DNA from: Chiloscyllium plagiosum
Taxonomy: Eukaryota
DNA: 64,000 nt
Reading direction: 5' to 3'
Assembly: GCF_004010195.1 (NCBI RefSeq)
Contig: NC_057753.1
Coordinates: forward strand, 940,330 to 1,004,329
Part shown: piece after piece, positions 1 through 14,040 of the stretch
How positions within the stretch are numbered: the stretch's first letter is position 1
How the letters are laid out: each line of letters begins with the position of its first letter
Made by a program: the position numbers and the translations under genes
The notes under the pieces: generated by a model
The model's database searches: none
Told to the model about the DNA's origin: nothing
Seen by the model: the letters and a program-made list of their open reading frames with translations, nothing else

Positions 1-59
1 TCGCCTTGAATTTTGGATAGAACGTACCAATTGACCGTGGATTCCACGGTGTCTTATTC

Positions 60-1080
60 TCTTGACATGTTTGCCATTAATGAACTCATCAAAAGTTTTG
101 GTAAAGGTATCAAGTTCTTCTTCAGTAACCTGATCGACTTCAGAAATCTCAATTGTGAACATTTGTTTAACAAATTCATGCTGAATTTCCGCCATCAGTC
201 CATGACTCTTCAAATGCAGACATATTCTCTTACTTCAAATATGTTCGAATAAATTCATGACACCTAATGCTGGATGATAGTCCTGTAGTATTCACAGCGG
301 ACCTTTTCTTAATTTAATTTTCAAATGATGTGCCGAATTTAGAAGTACACGATTCTCCTGGCATTTCACCGGTGGCCAGAGAGGATTCGATCCCTACTGG
401 CAACGCCTGTGATATCTCTTCCCTGGTCTCTTTCAACTTCTTCTAATAAACTTTTCTCAGCTTTCTGGATTTATCCAAATTGGAGGCGTTTTAATCCCAT
501 TAAGCTGTTTCTGTCTCTATCTCTCCCCTCTTTCCCGGATGCATGCAGATTCTAAGTTTTTCACATTCTTATTAGCTTTCTTCACTTCAAATTAATGTTA
601 TATTTTTTCAACCCTGATATCTCTACTTATATCAGCGGTTTTAATTGTAAAGACCAATGGAACATATTCATTTAGGGTAGTGCTCATGACTTACATTTGC
701 GCGCACAGATTGTAACAATGTTGTGTGTTCACTTCTACTAATTCCCAAGCTATTTCCTTGCTCCACCTATTTCTCTTCAATTTTCCACTTTCCTTCAAAA
801 TTCTTCACCTGCACTTCTCTGACTCTGGGTACACTGTTGTATTCAGACCTGGGTCTCTGCATTTGTTCGTTTTCATTTTTAAAAAATCCTTAAGTTTGTA
901 ACTCTTGACATTAAGTTTTATCCTTTCTTCGGGGTCATTGTTTGTTTTTGTGAGAAAATATTTGGTTTGAACTTCTGCTAGTTCCTCGTGTTCTAAGAAA
1001 ATTTGATCAGCAAGCATTTTCTCCCAGTGGACATAGGTAATTTTGCATTTTTTTAAAAATTACCCTTTCAAGATGTCAGT
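60..1080 (-). mobile_element. Old, highly degenerate CR1-type LINE ORF2 fragment
   Basis: Patchy similarity to the minus-strand CR1 copies at 30735-33130 and 55778-57605; no ORF. Confidence 0.4.
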
Positions 1081-1214
1081 GCTCTTAATCTCAGCCAGTC
1101 TTCGTTACTTTTCCTTTACCATACAAAATCGAATTGGATTATATTTATTATCTCTATATTGCTCATTTCCGATCTTTTGCCCATGTCCTTCTAAATTGTG
1201 AAGGAACCTGCCAA

Positions 1215-1760
1215 GCCTCCTCATTGTCTTTTGAACTACGTTCATTCAGGCAAGTGAATAGTGGTCTATCATAGTCCGGATTTAAGCATTCTAAATAGTG
1301 TAAAGGCGTTAAAATGTCAGGAGTTGAGTTATTCGTCGCAGTATTCCAAGCTTCCCAATTGCATTTACAGCAATTATGCTTGTATAGCTTCTCGAGTACA
1401 CTTTCTGGTCAAGGGCAACGCCCAGGATGTTGATAATGTACGTTTTTGGGCATATGCATTGGCTGAGATGTTTGTACCATGAATGCTACTTATCACTTGT
1501 CATTCCAAGCCTGGGTATTGCATTTGCCTTTGTGCATTTGAACTTGTGCCTCTTCATTACCTGTGTCGTAGTGAATGGGGCTAACTGTGTGCAATTATCA
1601 GCAAACATCTCACGTTATGATAAAGTGAGCATCATTGATGAAGCAGTTTAAAGATGGTTTGGGCAGGACAACAGCCTGAGCAACTCCTGCAGAGATGTTG
1701 TGGAACAGAGATGACTGATCTCCAAAATTCGCAAATAGCTTCCTTTCTGCCAGGTATGAA
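1215..1760 (-). mobile_element. LINE RT fragment, second CR1/L2-clade family
   Basis: Reverse complement resembles 21290-21780 and 22280-22560 (FADDCT/FS..DS..QDLDNIQAW-type region). Confidence 0.6.
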
Positions 1761-2747
1761 TGCAATCATTGAACTCTTGCATTCATATTCAAATGAAAAT
1801 ATCAACATCGACAGTGTTACAATTCTGTTTGGAGTCCAGCGATTACTATGTGCATACTTAGATTACGAGACCTGTGAGAATACCACTAAGTCATCACGTA
1901 AGTTTGCATAGCAATGAATGGATTTCAAATCAGACATCTTTTGGTCTTCCTGTTGCGTTGAGAATGTGAAAAAGGCTGAACGTCACGATCTAACTATGGA
2001 AATGTCATTTTCCTATTTGAATTTCATCTGCAAGTTGTGCACAGAGATCAGAGTGCTGAATAGGGTCATAGAGGTAGGGCAGGCAGAGATAGTTGATGCG
2101 GAGGGAGAGCTATGTAATTGGGTGTAACAAGTGGCATATATCTATCTTCAGCCAATTAAAAACAGACATCAGGAATCAAACTCAAATAGCATGTCGTGAT
2201 GGTTTGCTATCTCGAAACTGAGCTCTGAAAGTCCATTGATATATCATACATATAAATCCATTAAGATGTTTCTAAATCATGATGAGATATTCATTGATAT
2301 GACAGAACCGAACTTATCCCCATTCAGGGACTGTTGTTGATTCCGTTTCAAACCCATAAATATCGTATTTGGCATTGTGCCTAAATGTGACAAAGAAGGA
2401 TTCCTTTTTTTTCAAGAAAATACGGAATGATTACAGTCTCCTTCACTTCCCAAACGGTTTTTCCAGGTGTGAGAAGAGAAATTCGTTACCTCTGACAGAC
2501 GATACATTTAACCTATGGTTCCAAGGATGAGAGGGAGTTACTAGTGCAGGAATTGCTTCGGATCGTACAGGCAATTTCAATTCTCTTATGTGCAGAAGCA
2601 GGAACTCCAATGGTATGCTTGACCTCAGTTATTACAACACCGACAGTCCACGAACTGTACATGAGCGTGACTCCCATTTGCTGCCTGCAAGTGTTAAACA
2701 TTGGATGAAGATGCATCCAAATCTTCAGACTTTGCGCTTTCTATGGA

Positions 2748-3650
2748 AGAGTCATCGAGTCATAGAGATATACAGACTGTTCGGTCCAAGTTATCCATGT
2801 CAAAAAGATATTGTAAGCTGATCTCGTGCCATTCGCCAGCACATGGCCCATATCTCGCTAAACCTTTTCTGTTCATATAACCATCTATATGACTTTCAAA
2901 TGCTGTAATTGCACCAGCCTCCACAATTTCCTCTTCTGGCTCATTCCACATATGTGCCACGTTCCGTGCAAAAAGGTTGCCTCTTAGGTACCATCTATAT
3001 CTTCCCATCGTACACTAAAAAAAATCCCCTTTAGTTCGGGACTCCCCCACCCCATGGAAAAGACATTTTTTTTTCCTGTCCATGCTCCTCATGATATCAC
3101 AAACCTGTATAGGGTCAAACCTTCGCCTCCGATGCTCCTGAGAAAACAGCCTCAGCCTATTCAGTCTCGCCCAATACGTCAAATCCTCCACAACTGGCAG
3201 CATGCTTGTAATTTTTTTCTCACTCTTTTAAGTTTCACAACATTCTTCGGATAAGAAGGGGACCAGAATTGTACGCAACATTTCAAAATTGGCTTAACCG
3301 ACGTCCTGTACAGCCGTATTGTGACATCCCAATTCCTATATTCAGTGCGCTGCCCAATAAAGGAAAGCATTGCAAACCCCTTCTTTACTATCCTATTCAC
3401 CTGCAACTCTACTTTCAATGATGTATCAACCTGCACTCCAAGGTCTCTTTCTTCAGAACACTCTCCCGGACCGTTTCTTTAAGTACAAAAGTCCCGCTTT
3501 GATTTGCATTTCCAAAATGCAACATCTCGCGTTTTTCTAAATTAAACTTCATCTGCCACTCATCAGCCCAAAGGCACATCTGATCAAGATCCCGTTGTAC
3601 TCTAAGGTAACCTTCTTTGCTGTCCACTTCACCTCCAGTTTTGGTGTTCT
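2748..3650 (-). mobile_element. CR1-type LINE 3' fragment
   Basis: Minus-strand ORF pieces EGYLRVQRDLDQM..WADEWQMKFN and LYRTSVKPILKCCVQFWSP; tandem-repeat tail near 2750. Confidence 0.9.
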
Positions 3651-4354
3651 TTCCAGAATACTGTGCAGAAATGTCGTAGGATTGTCTGTGAGTTCAAATC
3701 GACAATTACTGCTTCCGATACACTGATAAAAATACCTTGCAGCAACAGACAAAAATTGTCAGGATTTTGAAGGTGAATGACAATTTCAGCAATTGAAACA
3801 AACCTGCAATGTTGGATGCAGTAAACTATTGTTGGCAAAGTTTGGGAGCATAGGTAGACGACAGAGAAATTCAATGATGAAATAGCATCATTCTTAAGGG
3901 AGAGGATATCATAGAAGATGGGGGCAGGGGCGAAGTATGAGTGAAAGGATAGAACATAGAAGTCAGTTTTGAAACGCAGTGACGTGCTTTTAGAAAAGCA
4001 AGGACATTTAAGAATAGAATGATCACGTTAAAATAACTTTCTGATAGAGCACAATTGAGAGAAACCAATCATATCCATGACACATGACATTTCCAGAAGC
4101 CTCCTCCAACCCCGCCACATCATCAACGCAATCTTGAATATTGACATTGTAACACTATCTCACTTCCTCTGTCTCAATGAGAGGATCAGTATATTTGTGA
4201 CGTAACTGAAATTATCACAACCAATACTCAAACAGGGCAGGGTCAGTTTGTTTCGAAATGTATCTTTCAATTTTCCCACATAACTCATAGGGTGCACTCT
4301 TCTGTTTCGGTAAAGTATCAAAGGCACGCTTTAGAGCTGGAACACAGCAACCGT

Positions 4355-4830
4355 AGAATCAAAGGGGTCAGAGAGATGTGTAGCATCGAAACAGAGCCTT
4401 CAGTCTAACTCGTCTATGCAGACCTGATATCCTAAATTAATCTAGTCTTATTTGCCAGCAGTTGTCCTATATCCATATAAAAACTTTCTCTTTAGACACC
4501 CATCCAGTTGTGTTTTAAATGCTGCAATTGTACCAGTCTCTACCATTTCCTCTGGCAGTTAAATTCCGCACACACGCCATCTGCTGTCAGGAAAACATTA
4601 CTGCTTACGTCTCTTTTTAAAACATGCCCCTCTCACCCCGAACCTCTGCCCTCTAGTTCTGGACTCTCCCACTCCAAGGAAAATGCCGTTTCTGTTTATC
4701 CTATCCGCGTCCCTCATGATTTTATAAACCTCTATGTGATCACCGCTTCAGGGAAAACGGTCCTAGCCTATTCTCCCTCTCCATACAGTTCTTCAGACCT
4801 AGCTACATCGTTGTAAATCATTTCTAATGT
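4355..4830 (-). mobile_element. CR1-type LINE 3' end
   Basis: Homologous to 2760-3200 and 29260-29700. Confidence 0.8.
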
Positions 4831-5189
4831 GACAGTGTTCACTGTAAATCTGCTTGCACTTGCCGAATTTAAAACAGACATTGCTAATGATAATTCATGC
4901 TGGTAGAAGCGGTTAGTGTTTCGAAGTTAATAATTTATGAAGTTGTTTTGTGAAATTATATTTTTCACTATCCCTAGCCTGATCCTGTTGGTTTGGAGCG
5001 CGCAGTCAAAATACGTAACCTCGCACAATTTAAAAGATGAAAGTGGACAACCTAGCCACAAACATCATTGTTCTCAAGGTAAACCTCTGGGTTATAATAA
5101 CGAGCAAAGCAAAATAGCAGGTAGGTCAACTTTCCACCAACGGTCTTTAGCTCATTCCCCTTGATGAGCTCCATTCTTAGTAGTTTTTT

Positions 5190-6185
5190 TTGTTCTGGCT
5201 TGTGAATTGTGGGATGCCTCAGGGGTCTGTGCTGGGTCAATTGCTGTTTATTATTTATGTGAACGTATTGGATGATAATGTACAAGGCATAACTAACAAG
5301 CTTGCAGACAAAACTAAAATAGGAGGTATCGTGTGCAGTAAGAAATATTATCAGAAATTGCAGCAGGACCTTGATCAGATGGGGAAGTGGTTTGAGGAGT
5401 GACATATGGAGTTTAATGCAGATAAGTGTGAAGTCTTTCATTTTGAAAAGCCAAATGATGGTAAGAGTTTCGTCGTCTATATTAGGGCCTTAAAGATTGT
5501 CGAGCAACAGAGGGATCTTGGAGTTCATGTCCAATGCTTTCTGAAAGTGGAGTCAAAGGCAGACAGGGCAGGGAAGAAGACTTTTGGCACACTGGTCTTC
5601 ATCAGTCAGAGCATTGATTCTCGAAGTTGGGAAGTTATTTTGTGGTTTTACAGGACGTCGATGAGACCACACTTGGAGTATTCTGTTTAGTTTTGGTTAC
5701 CTGGCTCTCGGAAGAATGTTATTAAACAGGAAAGAATGCAAAAAAAAAAGCACTCAACGGTCTGAGTAATCAGGAGAGGTTGGAAAATCTAGGAGTTTTT
5801 GATTTGTAGCGGAGGAGACTGAGGCAGGGATCTTATAGAAGTATATAAAATCATGAGAGGCAAGGAAGAAAGTTAATGCATTCAGTCTTTTTACCAGGGT
5901 TGGGAAATCAAGAATTAGAGGACATCAGTTTAGGTTAGAGTGGAAAGAATGAAAAGAACCTGAGGGTCAACTTTTTACAAGGAAAATGTTATTCAAATGA
6001 ATGAGCTGCCAGCGGAAGTGTTTGAGGCATGAATATTAACAATATTTAAAAGGTCTTTTAACAAATACATGGATAGGAAAGAGATATAGGCCATGTGCAG
6101 GAAAATGGGATTAACAAGGGCCGACATTTTCGTCATGTGGAAGAGTTTGAGCCAAAGTGCTTGTCTTCGTCTGTCGGATCTATGG
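5190..6185 (+). mobile_element. CR1-type LINE 3' fragment (RT C-terminal half)
   Basis: GMPQGSVLGQLLFIIYVNVLD..KLADKTKIGG; MEFNADKCEVFHF; RPHLEYSV. Confidence 0.92.
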
Positions 6186-7619
6186 CAAGCAGAAAGAGAG
6201 ATAAAAACGGAGAGAGTAGAAGAACGTGAAGACCATGTAATGAAAGTGTTCTGCATTTAATGCTAGATTTTAATATTCATTCGTGATAGGATCGTTGCCA
6301 TATCCATATTTATTTGCAGTTCATGTTCTCAATACGAAAAGTCTTCAGTGTCACCATAAAGGTCTGGACTACATATTGTTGGTTTGCATCTGACCTACTG
6401 CATGTTAAGCCTGTAAACATGATTGTGCAATGATATAATGGAAGATACCAAACAGGAAATGGATACCTCAGGCTGTATAGTCAATCAGGCTGCTGGGTCC
6501 ATTACTGTACTGGGCAGGTCCTCAGAATCTGCAATATTACATTGAAAGATGGAAAACAGAAATGCAAATGAGAGATCGTCACCTAAGAGGGCATCAGGAC
6601 CTGCAGTCATGTAAATGATGATGCACTTAAAGCCGGTTTGATAACGTGGTCACTGTACTGCACTGTTATCGATGGCAACTTGCAAATATAATATTACAGA
6701 AATATTAATGTGACACGAGATGCATTGAAGTATGCACCCTTGGGCTTATACATAGCTAACGACAGGAGAAAGAGTGGAAATTGGTTCCTAAATTTTAAAA
6801 ATAATTGACATAAAATGCTTCCCTTAAAGTGATTGAATGTTGGAATGTCAAAGACTAAATTACAGCTGATCACAATACTGTGCCACTGGAATCTAAGGAG
6901 GCCAGATCAGTTAAGGGAAATAGATCAGATTCACTTCCTTAAAGATCAGTAGCGAACCAGATTTCGAGCATACGGTCACGTTATATAAAATGCCAGGAAC
7001 AATATTGATTGCAGGACTAATGGTTATTTTCAAAGTTTACTAGTTGTTCAGACACCTGATCTACTGCAGTGTGATGAAGTGTTTAAGAGTCTCCAATTCC
7101 TTAGCAATGAAGCTGGTGTCCAGCTCAACTGCACTTAAGCTCTTTGGCAACTTATGCACTTTGGAAAATATTTGAACGTGTGTCATGAATTTTACGGGTT
7201 TTGAACTGTTCCCTCAAATAATCCTTATTAGACATAATTAGGATTTCCTATTAGCTTCCGTTTTTTCGGTGTCAATGTGCTTTCAGATGTGAGGCTTTGG
7301 AGGATGTTCAGGCAAGAAATGCAGTTTGGAAAATGTAAAGATTCGCTTATCCTAAATGTTGGATGGCAACCCCGTGTGCAGTAACTTCCTGAAGAAGACA
7401 GCTGACTGTGTGTCTCGATATCTCATTGGGAGGAAGGGGCTGGTTAAACGTTCAGACACGTTTTATGTAAAAGATGTTGAAAATGTGGAAAGAAATGCAT
7501 AGATCGTTGAACATACATGAAAACATTGTGAAGCAACAGCTGGAGTAAATAATGCTTTCAAGCATGCCCCATATATGATGAAACAAACTGACAAAGAATA
7601 GATGTTCCACTCTCTCTGA

Positions 7620-8770
7620 TGGAGATGATGGAACTGATTTTCTTTTGCAGAATGGTCTAGGCCAATGGTTTAGAACCTAAAAGATTGCATAAACAATTTG
7701 CAAGATTGGTATAAGGTTATGCAATTGGCTTGATGATAGGTTGCAGAGGGTAATAGTGGAAATATGCTTGTCGGACTGGCGCCTTGTTACTATTTGACTG
7801 TCTCAATGGTCGCTGCTGGGTCCATTACTGTTCGTTATCTATCAATCATTTGGGCGACAATGTCTAAGAAATAATTTGCAAGTCTTCAGAAGACACTATA
7901 TCAGAGGTATTGTGAACTGCAGAGAAGGTTATCAGAAATTGCAGCAGGACATTGATCAGCTGTGGAAGTGGGCTGAGACATTGCAAATGCAGTATATCAT
8001 AGGTAACTGTGAGGTTTCACATTTTGGAAACTCAAATCAAGTTTGTAATTTCATGGTGAATGATAGGGCCTTAAAGAGTGTAGTGGAACAGAGCAACCTT
8101 GGAGTTCAGGTGCATGATTCTCAGAAAGTGCAGTCACAGCTGAAGAAGGATTTTGGCACACTGGCCTTCATTAGTCAGGGCCTTGAGAGTACAAGTTGGG
8201 AAGATATGTTGCAGTTGCACAGGACCTTGTTGAGGACGCACTTGGCGTACTGTGTTCAGTTTTTGTCACCTTGCGACAGGAAGGATGTCATTAACTGGAA
8301 GGAGTGCAGATGAAAGTTTCAAACACGTTGCATGGACTCAGTGTTCTGGGTTATCCAGAGAGGTTGGACAAAATGGGACTTCTTTTCCGTTAGAGCAAAT
8401 GAGACTGAGGGCCGATCACATGGAAGTTCATAAGATTATGGATAGTGTGAATGCACTCAGTGTTTTATTCATGGTTGAGGAATCAAGGATTAGAGGAGAT
8501 CAGTTTAATGTTTGAGGGGAAAGAATAAAAGGGAACATGAGAGGCAACATTTTTGCACAGAGCGTGGTATGCATGTGAAATGAGCTTGTGAGTGGAAGTG
8601 TTTGAGGCAGGTTCATTAAAACATTTAAAAGGCGTTTGGACAAATACTCAGCGAGGAAAGGTGTAGGAGGATATCTGCCAAGTGCAGGGAAATGGGGTTA
8701 GCATGGAACTTCTGGTTAGCAACAACCAGCTTGGGTTAAAAGGCCTGTCTCCGTGCTCTCTGACTCTCTC
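7620..8770 (+). mobile_element. CR1-type LINE 3' fragment
   Basis: EGYQKLQQDIDQLWKWAE...LLRTHLAYCVQFLSP; same family as 5190-6185. Confidence 0.9.
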
Positions 8771-9501
8771 TTTACGTTCTTGTGCTGAAATGAACGCTTA
8801 ATTCGCATATCAAACCATGTTCGCACCTATTCAATTTCGGTCAGTAACTGCGCATCTGCAATGAATACGCCATTAATTTATCGTAATGGCAATATTTCCA
8901 ATCAAAACCCTAACACGCTGAATTTGTAAGTTCTGTGTTCATTTCCAAGCTTAAGATGTTCATGTACGCTTTCACTGTTTTGTTTCTCTACTGTTGTTAA
9001 CGCCTCAGCATGACAGTCGATCAGATAGAAAGCTGGAATTTGACCACTGTTGGAGTGTAGGAAGTATTGACATGTTCTATTCTGATTTAACATTGGAGAA
9101 AGGGCACCACATGGGCTGTACAACAGAGGGTCTGAAAAATCAATTAGATTTAACCTTGCCAAGATACATAAATAATAATGCACGACGAAACTACTAAGTG
9201 GGAAGTAATGGATCACAGTGTCACAGAAATATTACAGTACAGGACAAGACCATTAGAAAAAAAGGAATCTATTAACCAGTGCGAATTTCATGCATTTTTA
9301 AACAAAACTGCACACCATTACCACCCAACAAAAAAAAATGCATCCAATGCATCTTGAATGCTTCAGATGAATCTGTTTCTCGCACATTGCCAGGGTATGC
9401 ATTGCATACGCTATTACCTCGCTGTTTGGACGATGCTTTTCCTTCTCAATGCTAACCACTGAGTCACCATGGAACCAGATAAGAACTGATAAAAATCTGA
9501 A

Positions 9502-9632
9502 TCATTCCTGATGAAGAGCTTATACTCGAAATATCGACTCTCCTGCTCCTCGAATGCTACATTACCAGCTGTGCTTTTCCAGGAACACACTTTTTGAATC
9601 TGACCTCCAGCATCTGCATTCATCACATCTCT
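9502..9632 (+). mobile_element. Penelope-derived short terminal repeat with degenerate hammerhead core
   Basis: CTGATGAAGAGCTTATACTCGAAATATCG...CTCCAGCATCTGCA, homologous to 16939-17060. Confidence 0.7.
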
Positions 9633-10232
9633 GACCCAATGAAATGCTTTCTTTAGATTTTAAACACCTTAGTGAAGAAAGCTGAGAGATATATTTAATG
9701 GTGCTGTAGTCCTGTTAGTTTATTTTCTTGGTCTGTAAAAGTTTCTCTCTGTTTTATTATTATGTCATGCAGTTCAACTTCAGGAAGATGATTGCATAAT
9801 TTTTATCAGGCAGTTGATCTTTCTCATTGATAATTCATCTCTGGTCCACAAACCAGTCAGCTTCATATGTAAAGAAAAACCCTGGGATCCCGTTCTTTTG
9901 CATTTTATTGGGACCCACAGCCATTCAAACAGTGTTCACAATAAGCATCACTTGCTTTCAAAATATGCAGCCATTCTTCAAAGTCCCTGAAGTTCAGACA
10001 GTTCTTTCTTATTATAGTCCAAATTTCAAACATCTGAAACAAACGATAAGACATAGTCTCTACGTTGGGAATACCTGTATTGGAAAATTGCTTACCTGAT
10101 CCTTACCATTCTCGAAAAAAAGAACGTGTTAAAATATTATCGATGCTCTACATTAGATTGGTGAGGTGACAACTCGTTGGGTTAGATTTTGACTTTTTTT
10201 TTGTATGCACGTGATTTTCCAAATTGAGTTAA

Positions 10233-10511
10233 GTGTGGAAACAGGTCCTTCAGACCAACGAGTCCACACTGACCCTCCAAAGAGTAACCCACCCAGACCC
10301 ATTTCCCTCTAACTAATGCACCTAACACTATGGGCAATTTAGAATGGCCAATTCACCTGACCGGCACATCTTTGGATTGTGGGAGGTAATTGGAGCACCC
10401 GAAGGAAACCCACGCAGACAATGTGCAAACTCCACACAAACAGTCGCCCAAGGCTGCAATCGAACCTGGGTCCCTGGCGCTGTGAGGCAGCAGTGCTAAC
10501 CACTGAGCCAC
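10233..10511 (-). mobile_element. HE1-type tRNA-derived shark SINE
   Basis: Reverse strand starts GTGGCTCAGTGGTTAGCACTGCTGCCTCACAGCGCCAGGGACCCAGGTTCGATT (pol III A/B boxes) and ends in a CR1-like 3' tail. Confidence 0.9.
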
Positions 10512-11125
10512 TGAAGGACTCATGATTGACAGGTAATTGCCAGTGTTGTGGCTGCACTGAAATAGTTAGGCTCGGGGAGAGGCAAATTCTGGAGAATTCT
10601 ATTGTTGGAGCATTGTCAGGAGCCACCACCTTTCCTGTATCCAGTTGCCAATAGACGTTTCTTGTTAACTCATGGAGTGACTAGAGCTGATTTAAGATTG
10701 TCACCTATGATGCTGTTGTGCTCTGAAGTAGCTGTGGACCTTTTCAATTTCCCTATAGGCCATCGCGACAGTTGTCTGCTCCACCTTCACTTTCTCAAAC
10801 CAGCATTGGGTGCAGCACCCATTATGCATTCAGAAATACCTCCCGTGCCATTTTGTGGCTTATTCTAACCTATGATAAGTGACTGAATTCAATCCTATCG
10901 AATGGTGTTATTCTTGGAAAGACAGTCGGATTTATTCATTAATCATGCAGGACCAAGGCTCGAAAATAGAGTCAAAGAGTCATACAGCACGGAAACAGAC
11001 ACTTCGGTCCAATTAGTACACACGAAACATTACTTATCTAATTATCTTTTAAACGCTGTAATTGTATTTTCACATATTCAATGCGATTGGAAATGAAGTA
11101 CTCTTCTCTCTGCTGAAGGTTTGTG

Positions 11126-11252
11126 GGGAAAGTGAGGACTGCAGGTGCCGGAAATAAGAGTCAAAAAGTGTGGTGCTGCAAAAGCACAGCCGGCCAGGCA
11201 GCATCCGAGGAGCAGAGGCGTTGAGGTTTCGAACATAAACTCTTCACCAGGA
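11126..11252 (-). mobile_element. Penelope-derived short terminal repeat
   Basis: Reverse-complement homologue of 9502-9632 and 45340-45441. Confidence 0.7.
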
Positions 11253-12050
11253 AAGACTGTGTGTTGTACTGTATAACATGTGAACGTCCATCGTTTGTCA
11301 CAAGGGTGCATTTCAGCCAAAAGCCAATTCTAATACCACATACTTGAAGACACTTATCACCATTTAGTGGTAGATATCTCAGTACTCTGGCAACATATTC
11401 TTGTAAACCGTGGTGCCAGTTTCTATTAATCAGGCCTCAGCACAAATCTGGAGGTTACCATGTTGAAATATCCAGACACCAACATTTAACAACGGAGCCT
11501 CATCTTTATTCTTGCAATGCAGCAGATCAGGTGTCATGGCACACTGCAATGCTCATCCGCTGTCTCTCCCTCCAGCTCTATATTGCATGCTCTCAAGCCC
11601 AGAGTCATCACGATGTCGCTGCCTGTACATAGTTACATTTCCGTAAATCACTGTTCACATTCAGTATTTACCATATTGTCAGCTTGAAATGCAAACACAC
11701 AATAATCAATCGTTTCAAAGTAGTCTTCATAATTTCAATCACTGTTGAGCTTTGTTTTCAAATCTGCCAATTTCTATTTCAAAGTAACATTAACCTCTCT
11801 GTGTCTCCCTTTCTGTCATTTTTTTCGATGAGATCTTTAAATCTCTACATCAATTTATGCAAGGCTGAGATATCTTTTTTAAACTATCTATATGGATTCC
11901 TCTTTAATCATCTGTGCTGTTACGCTTTCCTCCAGTCTTCTGTCTGTATCCAGTTAAGTCTCGATTTTCTATGTAAAATGTAGGGAATTTGCGTCATGCT
12001 ACAAAAATATATAAAAATATATCAATATGCCAGTATACTGACACATATGT

Positions 12051-12066
12051 ACACACACACACACAC
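12051..12066. repeat. (AC)n microsatellite
   Basis: (AC)8 read directly. Confidence 0.8.
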
Positions 12067-13266
12067 AGTGTGAACGTTGGTTGATAGAAATGGCATAATG
12101 GCATGGATTGTCCTGCATGATAGTTAAGATGCCCCTTCGTAGAGATGGCTATTTCTTGACTTCTGTGGCATAAATCCACCTTCCCACTTATCAACAGCAG
12201 CCTGAATTCTACACAGATCTTGCTGCATTTTGGACGTGGACTGCTGGTTCTGAAGATTGTCAAGTTTGTTACTTTGTCAAAACAGGCAACGTATATTCAC
12301 AAGACAGTTGGGAAGCAGTAGGTGCCTCTCTATTTTTTTTTCTCTCAGTATGTTAATATTGAATACATTGGAAGTTTTGCAATCATATCATGTATTATTG
12401 TTTATTTGTATCATACTTCCAGTAAGGGAAATTTTTAAGATGCTGAATGGTAACTAACAAGTCAATTACCACCCGTTGCCACCGCCTGCTCCCACCTCAT
12501 CCACCAGGAGCCAATCATTCTTTTTCTACATGCATGCATGCAATGACGCCAGCAGGTGGAAGTAAATTTCAATTTGTGCTTAGCAAAAGTGGAGGCAAAC
12601 GTTTTGGATCCTGATTTGGATTCTGGACACCAAGTAAAATGCCCAAAACATAGTGCCATAGGTGGCCTTAATCAGAGCAAATTATGTCCGTTTATTGCTA
12701 CTAAGCATGCAACATTACTCTTTTATGTGACGAATGTGTTTGTATTATCCCTGGTTCTCCTGACGGTCTTGTTTGATGAGGCACTATTGACAGCAACAAA
12801 ATAGCACGAATTGTTTCTAGTACTATCATTTTATTATAGGTCTTGTACTAATTAAGAACTGGGAAAGAAATGGAAGGAATTCGTCGCGACTATTAAGTCA
12901 GGAAAGATTTGACACATTGGCAGTGTATGAGTTTGTATATAATGAACAAACTCGAATTTCTGAAAACGCTGCCTTTGAGCTTTCAATAATTTCCGTGTTA
13001 GACTATGTGGTGAACAGCAAAGGCAGAAGTGTGAAATTTCCCAGATGAAATAATTTGTTGTGCAAAGCAATAACCTAATGCTGATTCCACACTCCCGCTT
13101 TTGAGTCCATGCCATGCCATGCCATGCATTGTAAAGACAGAGAGGTAAAGCGTATCAACAAGGATTTGTAATTGAATATGTCAAAGTATGAGATGTCGGA
13201 TAGAATTTATATTGGCGTGCACGTTGATGTAGGAAATGAGTGTATGGTTTAAATTTCACAACAATA

Positions 13267-14040
13267 TAGGGAAACCTTGATTATCCAAACGTGATGAGTG
13301 GGCACTATTTCGTTCGGATAATTGATTATTCAGTTAATCGCTTAAATGCCTTTCCTCTGGGACTTGGAGTTTTTAAAGTCTGCTCCCCGTTCATGAGACT
13401 GCAGAAGTGCACAGCGGGCGAGGCCTGCCCACAACACCACCATCGCCCACCCCAATCCCACGCAACACTCCCGCCGCTCACAACACCACTCCCCTGCCCC
13501 CAACACCGTGCAACACCTCCCCTCACCCCCAACACCACTCCCCCACCCCACGCTAGAGCAACACCTCACCTAGGCTCCCAACACCTATCCCCTCCCCAAA
13601 ACCCTGTCCAGCATTGCCCCCGCCCCCTCTCCAGGACAGCTGGACTGGACACCGAGACTGCTGCTGCTGCAGTTGCCTTTGTGGAGTAAGTCTCCAAATA
13701 GCACACACACACGTAGCCACAGTCACACACACACAACATTTTACTGCAACTTTTCGACAGGTTCCATTTTGCCCTGTACAGGACATTGATGGAGAGATTA
13801 TCTGGGGAAGAGGGGTTTAGGGTACACCCCTAGGTAGAACCCCAGTGAAAGTCTGGGGAGGGAGAGGGGGTGAGCAGTCAGTCATTTGGAGCCAGTGCCT
13901 GTTTAATCACAGTAAACCAAAGTCGTGATCACTGTTGGAAACACATCTTTGATGTAATGTTTCCATCGGGACCTCGAGATCTCCTTCAGATAATCCGATT
14001 TTAGGATAATTGGTATTTGAAGAATCGAGGTTCCTCTCTG
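13267..14040. mobile_element. Tigger/pogo-like (Tc1-mariner) non-autonomous DNA transposon (MITE)
   Basis: Imperfect TIRs TAGGGAAACCTTGATTATCCAAAC and TTTGAAGAATCGAGGTTCCTCTCTG with sub-terminal GGATAAT repeats. TA on the left flank, C-rich CAACACC repeats inside, no transposase. Confidence 0.65.

Noticed and set aside
9214-9252. RSS-like CACAGTG-23 nt-ACAAGACCA
   Set aside because: No V or D coding sequence upstream; the sequence resembles the reverse-strand tandem tail of a CR1 3' end (CATAGAGTCATAGAGAT..TACAG).
10440-10511. tRNA-like sequence (also at 24002 and 59533)
   Set aside because: These are the tRNA-derived heads of HE1-type SINEs, continuous with SINE body and LINE-like tail.
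13291-13820. Pro/His/Gly-rich ORFs
   Set aside because: Produced by low-complexity C-rich sequence inside the MITE.
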